Shown: positions 41,695 to 54,449 of the stretch, piece by piece
How positions within the stretch are numbered: position 1 is the first letter of the stretch
Layout: every line of letters begins with the position of its first letter
DNA from: the human T2T-CHM13v2.0 reference genome, Homo sapiens
Direction: 5' to 3' (one strand)
Length of the DNA: 64,000 bases
NCBI RefSeq assembly: GCF_009914755.1
Contig: NC_060947.1
The notes under the pieces: generated by a model
What the model was told of the DNA's origin: nothing
Seen by the model: the letters and a program-made list of their open reading frames with translations, nothing else
The model's database searches: none
Position numbers and translations under genes: made by a program

Positions 41695-44600
41695 CTAGGA
41701 GGGTTGTGTTTTTCCAGGAATTTATTAATCTCTTCCAGATTTTCTAGTTTATGTGTGTAAAGGTGTTCATATTAGCCCTGAATGATCTTTTGTATTTCAG
41801 TGGTGTTAGTTGAAATATCTCCTGTTTCATTTCTCTGTGAGGTTATTTGGATAGTCTCTCTTATTTTCTTGGTTAATCTTGCTAATGGTCTCTCAATTTT
41901 ATTTATCTTTTCAATGAATCAACTTTTTGTTTCATTTATCTTTCGTAAAATTTTTTTTTTCAATTTCATGCAGTTCTTCTCTGATCTTGGTTATGTTCTT
42001 TGTCTGCTGGGTTTGGGTTTGGTTTGTTCTTGTTTCTCTAGTTGCTTGAGGTGTAACCTTATATTGTCTGTATGCACTTTTTCAGACTTTTTGTTGTAGG
42101 TGTTTAGGGCTATGAACTTTCCTCTTAGCGCCTCCTTAGCTGTATCCGAAAGTTTTTGATAGGTTGTGTCATTATTGTCATTCATTTTGAAGAATTTTAA
42201 AATTTTCATCTTGATTTTGTTTTTGGCCCAATGCTCATTCAGGAGCAGGTTATTTAATTTCCATGTATTTGCATGGTTTTGAAAGTCCTTTTGGAGTTCA
42301 TTTCCAGTTTTATTCCACTTTGGTCTGAGAGAGTATTTGATATAATTTCAATTTTCTTAAATTTGTTGAGGTTCATTTTATGGCCTATCATATGGTCTAT
42401 CTTGGAGAAGTTCCATGCACTGTTGAATAGAATGTGTATTCTGCAGTTGTTGGATGAAATGCTCTGTAGATATCTGTTAAGTCCATTTGTTCCAAGGTAT
42501 AGTTTAAATCCATTGTTTCTTTGTTGACTTTCTGTCTTGATGACCTGTCTATTGCTGTCAGTGGAGTATTGAAGTCCCCCACTATTATGATTCTATCTAT
42601 CTCATTTCTTCATTCTATTAGTAATTGTTTTATAAATTTGGGATCTCTAGTCTTAGGTGAATATTTGTTTAAGATTATGCGGTTTTCCTGTTGTATCAGG
42701 CCTTTTTACCATTATATAATGTCCCTCTTTGTGTCTTTTAACCACTGTTGCTTTAAAGTTCATTTTGTCTGATATAAGAATATCTACTCCTGCTCAGTTT
42801 TGGTGTCCATTTGCATGAAATGCCTTTTTGTACGCCTTTACTTTAAGTTTATGTGAGTCTTTTTGTGTTAGGTGAGTCTCCTGAAGACAGTAGACGGTTG
42901 GTTAATTCTTATCCATTATGTGGTTCTGCATCTTTTAAGTGGAGCATGTAGGGTATTTACATTCAATGTTAGTATTGAAATGTGAGGTACTCTTGCATTC
43001 ATCATGCTCTTTGTTGCCTGTGTACTTTGTTTTTGTTGTTGTTGTTTTAACTCGTGTTTTTGTTTTATAGGCCCTTTGTAATTTATGCTTTAAAGAGATT
43101 CTGTTTTGATGTGTTTCCAGGATGTGTTTCATGATTTAGAGCTTCTTTTAGAAGTTCTTGTAATGGTGGCTTTGTAATGGTGAATTCTCTCAATATTTGT
43201 TTGTCTGAAAATCACAGTATCTTTCCTTCATATATGATGCTTCATTTGGCTGGATAAAAAATTCTTGGCTGATAATTGTTTTGTTTGAGAAGGCTGAAGA
43301 TAGGACCCCAATCCCTTCTAGGTTGTAGGGTTTCTGCTGAGAAATCTGCTGTTAATCTGTTAGGTTTTCCTTTATAGGTTTCCTGGTGCTTCTGTCTCAA
43401 AACTCTTAAGATTCTTTCCTTCATCTTAACTTTCGATAACCTGATGACAATGTGCCTAGGTGAAGATCTTTTTGCAATAAATTTCCCAGGTGTTCTTTGT
43501 GCTTCTTGTATTTGCATGTCTAGGTCTCTAGCAAGGCTGGGAAAGTTTTCCTTGATTATTCCCCTAAATATGTTTTCCAAGCTTTCAGAGTTGTTTTCTT
43601 CCTCAGGAATACCGATTATTCTTAGGTTTGGTTGTTTAACATAATCCAAAACTTCTTGGAGGCTTTGTTTATATTTTCTTATTCTTTTTTCTTTGTCTTT
43701 GTTGGATTGGGTTAATTCAAAGACTTTGTCTTCAAGCTCTGAATTTCTTTCTTCTACTTGTTCAATTCTATTGCTGAGACTTTCCAGAGCATCACACATT
43801 TCTAAAAGTGTGTACAATGTTTCCTGAATTTTTAATTTTTTTTTTCTTTAAGCTATCTATTTCATTGGATATTTCTCCCTTCACTTTTTGTATTATTTTT
43901 TGGACTTACTTGCATTGGGCTTTGCCTTACTTTGATCTCTCCCTGATTAGCTTAATAACTGACCTCCTGCTTTCTTTTTCAGGTAAATCAGAGATTTCTT
44001 CTTGGTTTGGATCCATTGCTGGTGAACTCGGGTCGGGGGGTGTTGAGGAGCCTTGTTTTGTCATATTACCAGGGTTGGTTTTCTGCTTCCTTCTCATTTG
44101 GGTAGACTCTGTCAGAGGGAAGGTCTAGGGCTGAAGGCTGTTGTTCATATTATATTTTCCCACAGGCTGTTCCCTTTATGTAGTACTCTCCCCCTTTTCG
44201 TGTGGATGTGGCTTCCTGTGAACTGAACTGCAGTGATTGTTGTCTCTCTTCTGGGTCTAGCCACCCAGTGAGTCTACCTGGCTCTGGGCTGGTACTGGGG
44301 GTTATCTGCACAGAGTCCTGTGATATTAACTGTCTATGGGTCTCTCAGTCATGGATACCAGTGCCTGTTCCAGTGGAGGTGACACAAGGGGCAATGGACT
44401 CCATGGGGGTCCTCAGTTTTGGTGGTATAATGGCCTATTTTTGTGCTGGTTGGCCTCCTACCAGGAGGTGGCACTTTCCAGAAAACATCAGCTGTAGTAG
44501 TGTGGAGAGGGACTGGTGGTGGATAGGGCCCTACAACTCCCAAGGTTATATGTCCTTTGTCTCCTCCCACCAGGGTGGGTAGGGAAGGACCATTGGGTGG

Positions 44601-45573
44601 GGGCAGGGCCGTGTCTGAGCTCAGACTTTCCTTAGTTGAGTCTTGCTGTGGCTGCAGTGGTGGATGGGGGTGAGACTCCCAGGTCACTGGAGTTGTTTAC
44701 CAAGGCAGATTATGGCTGCCTCTGCTGAGTCATACAGGTTGTCAGGGAAGTGGGGTAAAGCTGGTAGCCACAGACCTTACTCAGCTCTCACTCAAACCGA
44801 AGGGCTGGTCTCACTCCCACCATGCCCTCAGCAACAGCCCTGAACCTGTTTCCAGGTGAAGGGCCAGTCAGGCTTGAAAATTTTCCCAAGGTTTTCTTCA
44901 CATTTGCAAATGAAAAGGGCTTTAGTTCTTTCCCCACCTGTGAAGTCTGCAAACTGGATTCGCGCCCTCCCCTGAGTTCTGGCCTTGAGACTTCTCGCCC
45001 TGTTCAAATTGTTAGAAATTTCAGCTAGAGAAGTTCTTCTCATTGTGGAGTTTTACCCCCTGCTCCTCTGGCCACCCTCCTGATGGATCCCTGTGGTGCC
45101 AGGCAGGAATTGTCTGCTTGGGGATCCAGCGAGCTCCCAGTGCCTTTCTGCTACTTCCTCTATCCCTGTGTTTCGCTGGGTTTGGCTCTCTAACTTGACT
45201 CGGCTCCAGGTAAAGTTGGGAACTTCTCCCACAAACAGACCTTCAGCTTCTCCATTGGGGATGTCTGTTTGGGAGAGGAGGGTCTCCCTTTTCCACTTCC
45301 ATGGTTGGGGCACTCACAGTATTTAGGTTGTCTCCCGTGTCCTGCAGGAGCAGTCTGCTTCCTTTAGAGGGTCTGTGGGTCCTCTCAGGATTGCTGGTCT
45401 GTTATTGCAGTCGATCTGGAGCTAAAATTCACAATGCAAGCCTCCGTATGCTGCTCTGTCCGGAGCTGCAATCTAGTCCTACCTCCCATCAAATTTACAC
45501 ATTTTAAAATACCATTTACTTCCTAATCTGACAGGATATCAAACCAGGTTCGTCCAGCTTTCCTGTCTGACAC

Positions 45574-45666
45574 CTCTTTAGTTTCCTTGGTAACAAAACT
45601 TTGCTCCATGATTCCGGTAACAAAACTCTTTAGTTTCCTTGGTATCAAAACTCTGCTCCATGATTC
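45574..45666. repeat. 41-bp direct repeat (period 52) in non-TE sequence
   Basis: CTCTTTAGTTTCCTTGGTA(A/T)CAAAACT(T/C)TGCTCCATGATTC at 45574-45614 and 45626-45666. Confidence 0.95.
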
Positions 45667-45697
45667 TGGGGTCTGATTTTGAATAAATGCAACGTCA
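45581..45697 (+). promoter_or_regulatory. Putative promoter: RFX X-box (two copies) and half-CRE upstream of the PPP1R11 retrocopy
   Basis: GTTTCCTTGGTAAC at 45581-45594 fits the X-box GTNNCC-N2-GGNAAC; second copy at 45633-45646 has one mismatch; ACGTCA at 45692-45697. Confidence 0.45.
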
Positions 45698-45863
45698 GAA
45701 GCAAGAGTGAGCTGAGTACTTTACAGCTGTGGAACCTAAAGCAAAAAAAACAGACACAGCATCCCAATTCTAATTCTGACTCTGATTTGGATTCAGATCC
45801 ATATTTCCCCCAGACTCTACAGACACATCACTTCTCCTCCTTTGTTCCCCTTCCAGTTCTGCT

Positions 45864-46250
45864 ATGGAAGAAGCAACATCTAAGATGACGGAAATTATTT
45901 CAGAGCCCACAGTTACACTGGAAAATGAGGTAAAAAAAAATAGAATTCTGCTCACTACCTTACAGAAAAACAAGCCAGACAAAAGGGTGGAATGGTTAAG
46001 AGACAGTGTTGACAATGAGCACTTGGACTATCGCTCATCTAAATGCTGCTGCATTTATCAAAAGCCTCATGCCTTTGGTGAAAGCTCCTCAGAGAGTGAA
46101 AAAGAGGATGAAGAAAATTGTAATTTCATGCTATATTTCTGGGGTCATCACAATGGACGGCATCATTCCCTTCCCAATAGGGCTTCTAGTACTTTATCTA
46201 AAAAACCTTGAGACACATCTCATCCTCTTCCTTCACCCATGAAGGGCTAA
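45864..46250 (+). pseudogene. PPP1R11: Intronless retrocopy of protein phosphatase 1 regulatory inhibitor subunit 11 (inhibitor-3/Ypi1 family). Open 115-aa ORF 45864-46211 with an ancestral stop at 46248-46250; processed pseudogene or candidate retrogene. The symbol names the parent gene.
   Basis: [48 protein letters not shown] versus parental [48 protein letters not shown]; reading past the TGA gives DTSHPLPSPMKG* versus parental DPSQPPPGPMQH*. Confidence 0.9.
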
Positions 46251-46559
46251 GCTTACTTTGCTTCCCCCATCCCTGAATGAGACTGGACTAAAATATATCC
46301 ACGTTGCTATTCAGGGATTAAACATATTTTGAATCTTTTTTGATGTGTGTTCTATCTCTCTTCTGTCTGATGGAAAGGGTAGCAATGAAGGAAGACAAGG
46401 GGAGAGAAACAAAGGGATCAATAGAATACCTGGAAGCCCTGGTACTGCATGACTACTATTCTACAATACACATGTCACATGTATATTCTTGTCTTTTTTA
46501 GAGATCTGGAATAACTTCTCCTATATTTTCTTGGCTAGTCTATTATCATGACACCAAAC

Positions 46560-47100
46560 CCCCACTTTCCACAGAGCTACCATTTTCTCTATACTTGTTA
46601 CCCATAATAGTTTCTATCATCTAATGAGTACCAGATTATTCTTTACCATTAATTGGAAGCTTTGTAATCTTGTCACCTGATATTTACCCATTACACTTTA
46701 TTCTTGCTTTTATCCTGGGTGATTTCAATATCCCTGTAGATAAGATTTCATATAAACTAGGTATTTCTCCTCTACTTTTATTTAGGAACCCCACAGCCAT
46801 AGTCATACCATGAAGCTAATGAGCACTAGTACTATTCCACATCTAAGTTTTATAATTAGGGATCTTATTTTCTCATCCCAAACTCCTATCTTTTGACTTC
46901 TGTCTCATACTCGCTTACAACACTATTTTGTGAATTCATGGAGACTCCTAGTCACCCAAATTTGTGCTGACCTCTCAATCAGTCAACCTTCTGGGTATAA
47001 CTTCTTTTCCACCCAAACTTCTGACCCATCAACAGCATTCTTTCCCGTGTTCTTACTTCTTCACTCTTTTGTGAAACCTCTCTTGCCAATTCCAAATTAT
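46560..47100 (+). mobile_element. Degenerate L2 LINE fragment
   Basis: TCCTGGGTGATTTCAATATCCCTGTAGA and CCCACAGCCATAGTCATACC resemble the L2 endonuclease region. Confidence 0.5.
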
Positions 47101-47861
47101 GACATGTGACTCAGGAAAACTAAAATGAAGTGTTTGTGGACTTGGGGAAAGGTGGTATCAAAGAAACATCAGGAAACTATCAAGAGGTAGAATAGTAGTT
47201 TAAATTTATTACATGTTTTGTGTGTGCCTAGCATTTTCTTCAAGGCTTTATGTATAATAACCCAGGAATTCTGGGAAAGTCTCAGTCTTTATCTCTTCAA
47301 ATATATTCTGCTTCATTCTCTTTTTCCTATTTCTTTGAGACTCCAATTTAAACCTATGTTACACTTCCTTCTATATTTGTTAATATTATCTTTATTTTTC
47401 TGTCTCTTTTAAACATCATTTGGATCATTTCTTCTTATCAGCATTTAGTTCACCAATATAGCTTGATTTATATCTAAAAAGCTATTAAACCCATCCACTT
47501 AATTTTGTTTCCTTATACTCTTCAGTCCTAGAATTTCAACTTAGTACTTTTTCCCAATTGTTAGATCCCTTATTATGAGGACCTGAATAATTCAAATTCT
47601 CTGTAAGAAACTTTTGGCTTGACTTTGATTTCCTTGCACATACTAAGAATAATTATTTTATAACTTGTGTCTGATAATTGTAGTATTTACAATCCTGGTG
47701 AATTTGTTTCCATTGTCTGATTTTCTCTCCTAGTTCTTGCTCATAGTTTCTTGTTTTCTTGCTTTTGTGCTTTTTTTATTCCTTGATTATATGCTATACT
47801 CTATTTTAAATATTATTTGTAGAAATTTGAGGTCGAGGATAATGATATCTTCCTCCAAAGG

Positions 47862-47863
<2 letters not shown>

Positions 47864-47904
<41 letters not shown>

Positions 47905-47915
47905 TGTGTGTGTGT
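47864..47915. repeat. (TG)n microsatellite
   Basis: Directly visible. Confidence 0.95.
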
Positions 47916-48429
47916 TTCTATGGGTTTCTGAGGTCAGTAGAAATCCGGGATTATCTTAATCCAAATTTAGAGTTTAGTATTTTTGAGGATTCCAAAATTA
48001 ACTAAAGTTGGGTTGTAGCTCATTACAGCTTCCGTTTGGTTCAATTCACTTTTATTCATGATTTTCTGGCCATTATAGGTCAAGATCAAAACTACCCACT
48101 CTTGGTAGACTGAGGACTATGAATTTTATCTTCCTAGCACAATGAAGTCACCAAAAGTACAGATCTTCCTCTCACCCATTACTTTAGACTCAGCAAATAT
48201 TCCTTTCCCCCAGAGAAAAATAGGTTCCATGTTCTGGACTCAACACTAGATTCCTTTTCTGTTATAGACCTCTGTCTAATAGTTCCTCACTATTTTGCCT
48301 ATTTTTTAGCTTTTTTTGTAATTGCAAGAATATTTTGAATTTTTTTGTAGCCTTTTGATTTGTTTTCCAGTTCCAACCCAGGGAATGTTGATCTAAGTTA
48401 TCTTTTTATACCTTTATTTTCACTATTTT

Positions 48430-48595
48430 ATCATTACAATAATGCCATGAGGTAGATAATATTGTTATCCTCACAGTACATCTTAGAAACTGAGATATAG
48501 AGTTAATAATTTGCCTTAGATAACACAGCTAATAAGAATTAGAAATGAAATTTGAACCCAAGCATTCTGGCTCAACAGTCTGAATTCCTCAACAT
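48430..48595. mobile_element. MIR SINE fragment
   Basis: CCATGAGGTAG...TTATCCTCA...AGAAACTGAG...GAGTTAATAATTTGCC...ACACAGCTAATAAG...TTTGAACCCAAGCATTCTGGCTC matches the MIR core. Confidence 0.75.
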
Positions 48596-50462
48596 TTGCT
48601 TTTTCTGAATTATTAGGCAATTAATCCCTCTGGCAAAACAGAAATTGTTCTATGTCTACTTGGGTTAGAGTTCTGGCAGAACATAAACATTAGAGGTTGT
48701 AGGTTAAAACAAAACAAGCCCCTGGGATCCCACCAAGCATGCTTTTGGTGGGCTAGGAAGATAAATTTTGTGACCAGGATCTACTTTTCCAACAAAGGAG
48801 ACTTTCATTCTATCAATAAATTTCCATATGCATGATATGCTTGGAAGATTCAAGCCAGCCTAGGGGCCCTCTTGGAATATAAAGATACTAATAGTATGTC
48901 TTTTGACTGAAAGGCCCCAGTTTGGATTGAACTGATATCTGTATAGATGGAGGGATGAAGGATACTAATTGGGGAAGAAAGTGCTAGCCCCCTCAAGGAA
49001 AGACTGACAGTCTGAATCACAGAATTGAAAGGGCATGACAATTCCATTTGGATTTGACATAAGTTCACAAAGGAAATAGTTGTGTAGATCATGAAGATTC
49101 CTGCAAGGTGAAGTAAGGTTTATGGGAAGCAAGGACAAAATTCAGAAAATGGTGTTAAGAAAATGGTGAGGGAGAGGGCTGAGGCCCAGCCAAGTTCTCT
49201 AAGATTGTTCTCAATGGGGAACTAAAGTGGATAAATGGAAAGTAGTGACCTACACAAAGTGCCAGTCAGCCAAACAAAACATGCCAAATGTCAAGTGAGT
49301 AGGAAAATTTCAGCTCTTAAAATTACGTAGGCTTTAATAATTCCAAATTTAATTTGATTCTCAGAATATGGGAGGAGACTACATGCACAGTTCTAAAGCC
49401 ATCACTGTTTTTGTTTTTATGATGTTTCCAGTTATTTCTAGGCTCTCTAGTCTCTCTCGTAACTAAGATAGACATATTCAATTCTGTATTTATATTCCTT
49501 TGCCAGTTTATACTTCATAGGTACAATCCATTACTGTTATAACTGGTCTATAAATGTCTTGTTTTCTTCTAACTCTTAGAACAGTGATAAAAATTCATTG
49601 GCATGCATGTAGTCCGTGTTACAGCCTAGATGGAACAAGCACATATGCTCATGTGTCATTTCTGACTCAGTGGTATCTCTACAAACTCTCAAACTTCTTG
49701 TAGAAATTTTTTATGTTGGCCTACCAGGGAGATCTGTTACAGTAATGAAGGAACTACTTAACTGCTCCCCTTGAGCCCTGAAGAAGTTAATAAACAAAAA
49801 CATCACTGAAGTCTTAGTAATTTTGTGTGTTATACTCCCTGATGCATTTATAACTGACCAGAAAAGCTGGCAGATTTGTAAAGAGATTCCTCCTCTGCTC
49901 ATGAGATATAGGAATGCCTACAACCAGGTCTATGGTACTATGTAGATCAATAACTGTCTTATGAGGAGTAGCTAGCCAGGGGCTTTTTCTTCTACTTCTG
50001 TTATGACTAGTAGAGATATGTCATTTTGTGTCATTGTTCCCTGGTGGTCACGTGATAGATAGTGTGGGAGAGTTGGCATTTTAGTCAAATATCTGACCTC
50101 CCCTCTTTCTATTGTAAACACTTTGGTTTTAGCTGGGCAAAATACCCGCCATGAGCTGCTTAAGTCAGGGATTTAATGTAAGATAATTCAACTTCTACCT
50201 TATTTAAAAAACTGTCATTGTGGTTTCTGAAAAACTGAATTTATAGCTTTACTAATACAGAATCAAACTATTTTTTAACAGGGTGACAAATTGCAACATT
50301 GTAAAGGAAGGCTTAATAGAAAAAAAAAATAGTACATAGTAATAGAACTGCTTGCTGAGTTCCAAGACTTTTAGAACAAGGTGAGGGGGGAGGACTTTTC
50401 CTTCCAATTCCTTCTTCATAACATTGGATGGAGTCCTTTTGGTGGGTATTTTGACAGCTTCC

Positions 50463-50779
50463 TTTTTGTTTTGTTTTCTTTTGTTTTGTTTTTGGAGACA
50501 GTCTCCCTCTATTGCCCAGGCTGGAGTGCAGTGGCACAATCTGGGCTCACTGCAACCTCCGACTCCTGGACTCAAGTGATTCTCATGCCCCAACCTCCCA
50601 AGTAGCTGAGATTACAGGCGTGCGCCACCACGCTGGTTAATTTTTATTTCATGATATTTTGTGGAGATAGGGTTTTGCCATGTTGGCCAGGCTGGTCTCT
50701 GAATTTCTGGCCTTAAGTGATCCGCCCGCCTCTGCCTCCTAAAGTGAGGGGATTACAGGCATGAGCCATTGTGCCCAGT
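50463..50779 (-). mobile_element. Alu (old AluJ/S)
   Basis: (TTTTG)n tail then GAGACAGTCTCCC...; approximate TSD GACAGC(T/A)T. Confidence 0.93.
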
Positions 50780-50825
50780 GGACAGCATCTTTTGTTACTG
50801 CTCTTTTCCTAGAAAATCTCCAGTG

Positions 50826-51024
50826 TGGGGTTGCTAGGTAAATACAAAACATGCATTTAAATTTGAACTTTGGATAATGAATAATGTTTACTTCATGCAT
50901 ATTTAAAAGATATTTGTGAAAAAATTTATTGTTCATCTGAAGTTCAAATTCAACTGGGCATCTTTTTTAAGTTTTTGTATTATTTATTTATTTTTTTAAA
51001 TGATGTGCTAAGTTTGGCAACACA
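50826..51024. mobile_element. MER53-like palindromic hAT MITE
   Basis: GGGGTTGCTAG...TTAAATTTGAACTTTGGATAA / TTCATCTGAAGTTCAAATTCAACTGGGCA...TTTGGCAAC inverted arms. Confidence 0.7.
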
Positions 51025-51258
51025 CCTCCAGAGTTTTCTGTTTTTCTGACTACTTTCTTCAAACTTCACTTTATAAAATGTCAAAAAGCAGCACACCACA
51101 GGTCTTAATTGATCTCTCCATTGCTGTTCCTACTTTAACATCATTCCATTCACCTCACACACCAATTTTATCTCACTCAATGAGAAATCAACCCACTTTT
51201 AAACTATTTATTATATTTTCAGGAGTGTGTGTAAGGTTAACTTTAAATGTAAATAAGT

Positions 51259-52290
<1,032 letters not shown>

Positions 52291-52509
52291 CATCAAAACT
52301 GATTACACAAGTTCATCTGTTAATGTTCATTTTTATTGAGATTTTATATATTTACACTTCAAAAATTTCTTTTCACACATATGGAAACATATATGAATTT
52401 TAAAATATGCATCTTCATGAAAGTCCAAATAACACTATTTGGACTATAGTTTGAGTTCAGAAATTATATCTGCTGAAAATTTGGGTGGGAGTAAATATCT
52501 TCCTTCTTA

Positions 52510-54150
52510 GTTTAACTTTATTTTCAAGTGTTTGTCTTTATTTTGTTTATAATTGGCATGTAATCGTTGTCTATGCTTATGCAATACAGTGTGATGTTTC
52601 AACATGTGTGCATTGTATAATGATAAACTCAGTGTTGTTAGCATGCCCATCCCACCAAACCTTTGTCATTTTTTGTGAAGATAACTTTCAAGATTGTTAT
52701 TTACAGCTGCCTGAAAATATACAAAACATATTTATTAGTTATTGCCATCCCACTATGTAAGAGAGCACCAAAACTTATTCTTTCTTTCTGACTGGAACTT
52801 TGTACCAATTGAGCAAATGTTTCCATCTTCCATTCTCCACTCCCATCCCCAGCCTCTGGTAAACAGTATGCTACTCTTTACTTCTGTGAGATCAACTTTT
52901 CTAAATTACACCTATAAGTGAAATCACTGTAGTTTTCTTTCTGTGCCTCGCTTATTTTCCTTAATATTGTGTCCTTTAGGTTGATCCCTTCTGCCATTAA
53001 TGACAGGATTTTTCCATTTTTATAGCAGAATAGCATACCACTGTGTATGTATACCACATTTTCTTTGTTAATTCATCTGCTAAAGGACACTTAGGTTGAT
53101 TCCTTTTATTGGCAATTGTGAATGATGCTTTATAAACACAGGAGTGCAGATATGTTTTCAACATACTGATTTAAATATCTTTCCATATAAACCCAGTGGT
53201 GAAATTACTAGGTTATGTGGTGGTTTAATTTAATATTTTGAGGAATCTCCGCAGTGTTTTCCATAATGGCCAGGCTAGTCTACAATCCTAGCAGTAGTGT
53301 ACAATAGTTTCCTTTCTTCGTGTCCTTGACAGCATTTGATATTTTACTTTCTTCTTGATAGTAGCCATTCTAACAAAAGTGAGGAGATATCTCATTGTGG
53401 TTTTGATTTGCATTTCCCCAGTGATTAGTGATATTGTGAATTTGTGAATTTCTTATATGCCTGCTGGCCCTTTGTATGTCTTCTTTTAAGATATGTCTTT
53501 TCAGACCTTTTGTCCATTTATTAATCAGATTATTTGGGGGGGGTGTTTTTCTATTGCATGATTTGAGTTCGTTATATATCATGAATATTAGCCTATTATC
53601 AGATGGATGGTTTGCAAATATTTTCTTCCATTCTGTAAGTTGCCTCTTTGCTCTGTTCATTGTATCTTTTCTTGTACAGAAGCTTTTTAGTTCAGTGTAA
53701 TCCCATCTGTCTATTTTTGTTTTATTGACTGTGCTTTTCATGTACCACCAAAAAAATTATTGATCAGACTAATGTTATGAACTGTTTTCCTTGTGGTTTT
53801 TTCTGATAGTTTTATAGTTTTGAGTATTATACTTAAGTCTATAATCTATTTTGAAATGATGTTTGTATGCAGTTAAAGATAAGGGTCTAGTTTCATTCTT
53901 CTTCATATGGATATCCAGTTTTTCCAGCACCATATATTGAAGAGACTATCTTTTCTTCCATGTGTGTTTTTGGCAGCTTTGTCAAAAAATATGTGACCAT
54001 AAGTGTGTAGAATTAATTTTGGGTTCTCAATTTTGTCGCATTGATCTTTGTTTTTATTTTTATACAAGTACCATGCCGTTTTGGTTATTATTGCTTTATA
54101 CAGTATTTGGAAGTCAGGTAAGGTGATGCCTCCAGCTTTGCTCCTTTTTT
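52510..54150 (-). mobile_element. L1MA-type 3' fragment
   Basis: ORF2 C-terminal remnant 53370-53741 (KIDRWDYTELKSFC) plus 3' UTR. Confidence 0.8.
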
Positions 54151-54449
54151 ATTTGTTTTATTTTTTATTCTGATATGTATTTAAATACAAGGTAAAATAT
54201 TACAATCATACTAACAGAAATATGAGAATTTTTAGTGAAACAAGATGAGTGATTCTAGAGCATTTATTTTCAGTAAATTTTAACTCAATTTTATACTATA
54301 TATACTATGCTATTTGTACTAGAAGTATTTGTAATTTTAGTTAATATTGATAATTTATTTTGGTGAAGAGAAATTTCATGAACCTATCTATTCTGACACC
54401 TCTCTATCATGACAAAGAGATATATAAATAATTTAAAAAATTAACTCCT

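Larger units (their letters stand above)
32952..45490 (-). mobile_element. Near-full-length L1PB1-like element, interrupted by a provirus at 35756-41694
   Basis: ORF1 43242-43817, ORF2 remnants 33306-35700 and 41700-43130, 5' UTR to 45490; TSD AAATTTACA at 32943 and 45491. Confidence 0.88.

Noticed and set aside
45574-45666. Repeat-spacer-repeat pattern reminiscent of CRISPR
   Set aside because: Only two copies with an 11-bp spacer derived from the repeat itself; eukaryotic context with no cas genes
45679-45888. Upstream ORF with NSNSDSDLDSD
   Set aside because: Starts at TTG, short hexamer-like low complexity, no recognisable family; more likely 5' UTR of the retrocopy
48600-50450. Apparently non-repeat stretch searched for exons or RNA genes
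   Set aside because: No convincing ORF, splice pattern or RNA gene motif recognisable by eye; may be old degenerate repeats
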